From the NCBI GenBank assembly GCA_002633005.1, contig NMRA01000051.1, positions 1,206,713 through 1,270,712 on the forward strand: 64,000 nucleotides of DNA, in the 5' to 3' direction. Both the position numbers and the translations under genes were made by a program. This DNA comes from Phoronis australis. Its lineage: Eukaryota > Animalia > Phoronida. Positions within the stretch are counted from its first letter, which is position 1; the number at the start of each line of letters is the position of its first letter. The notes under the pieces were generated by a model. It worked only from the letters and a program-made list of their open reading frames with translations, searched no databases and had not been told where the DNA came from. This document shows, piece by piece, positions 63,089-64,000 of the stretch.

Positions 63089-64000
63089 AATGGTGCCTGT
63101 GTTCCACAATGAGGCAATATGAGACATTTTAATATCTGCATTTTGAAATATACATAGGTCTCAAAATTTGATGTTTTGCAGGGTTTATTGCTTGCATTAT
63201 ACTTTCGATGTCGTTTCTGCACTTTGGATGATCACTTTCCACTTTACTTTTTGTGAACTCTCTCCTTTTTGTTCATGGTTGTCATGGTGCATAGGGTTTT
63301 AATGGTAATAGACCTAATTTGTGGTCGATACATGTAAGATATGAAAGACATGATATGGTAAATATTCTTCAGTTTGGGACACAATACGGTGGACAGGTGA
63401 CATTGTATTTCTCAACACAAATACTACTTATTGCATGGTTGGCATGGCGTAGTTATTACCAAACAACATTTGGTAAAATTTTGAGCATTTGCAACATTGT
63501 GGTAAGACTCTGCAAACTGGAAATATGGCAATTTAACAATTATTTTTTGTCCCAAAATTAATAAATTTTTACCTGGATACTTATTGACCTGAGTTGTTGT
63601 GGAACTCTGAATATGTCTCTTGTCTTCTCGATGTGGGCACACACGTGTTGTTTTTGATTTTGTCCTCTGCCTAGTTAAGCGCAACACTAATTTTGTTTTG
63701 TGGTAGTTTGAGACCTTTGCTTCAAAATTTTCCGCTTATCTGTTAACTTCTTTGATTTGTTACAAGAAATTCTTTGTATTAAAATAGTAGTCATTGTTTG
63801 TGTAACTTTGGAGTTTATCTGTTTATCAGTTGTGTTTTTTACGACAGTAGTTGTGTTAAATTAGTTGTTATTTTCTGGAGCTGTGAATATCCTTGTTTTG
63901 ATGCTATTTGTTATCCAAAAAAACAAAATGTGTTCATTTGTGGGGCTATTTTTGTTGTTGTCTTACTATTTTAAACACTCTTGTTTGTTTGTTTTCTTAC

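Overview
AT-rich, intron-containing animal genomic DNA (invertebrate metazoan by inference; scaffold with N gaps), not prokaryotic, so the ORF track mostly shows exon fragments and noise. By reading splice sites and phases I reconstructed four genes. (1) The first coding exon of an STK32/YANK-family kinase on the minus strand (ATG 9866). (2) A 10-exon LRRC27-like gene on the plus strand (10617-28998), head-to-head with STK32 as in human STK32C-LRRC27. (3) A small, very acidic orphan gene on the minus strand (35780-32731) built from phase-1 exons with a repeated helical motif and an E2F/CHR + CCAAT promoter. (4) A 5-exon, 229-aa type I membrane protein (43294-63088) with a Ly6/uPAR-like three-finger ectodomain, a juxtamembrane poly-Cys run, a YxxL motif and a C-terminal class I PDZ ligand (-ETV). 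Intergenic DNA and introns carry many transposon relics: several TIR elements with 5-bp TSDs (hAT5-like), a MULE-like long-TIR element, a THAP/Kolobok-like relic, a 5'-truncated LINE, a Penelope fragment, a tRNA-derived SINE, Helentron/DINE-like elements packed with CTCF-like motifs, and mini- and microsatellites. All homology calls are from memory of the families; no database searches were run.
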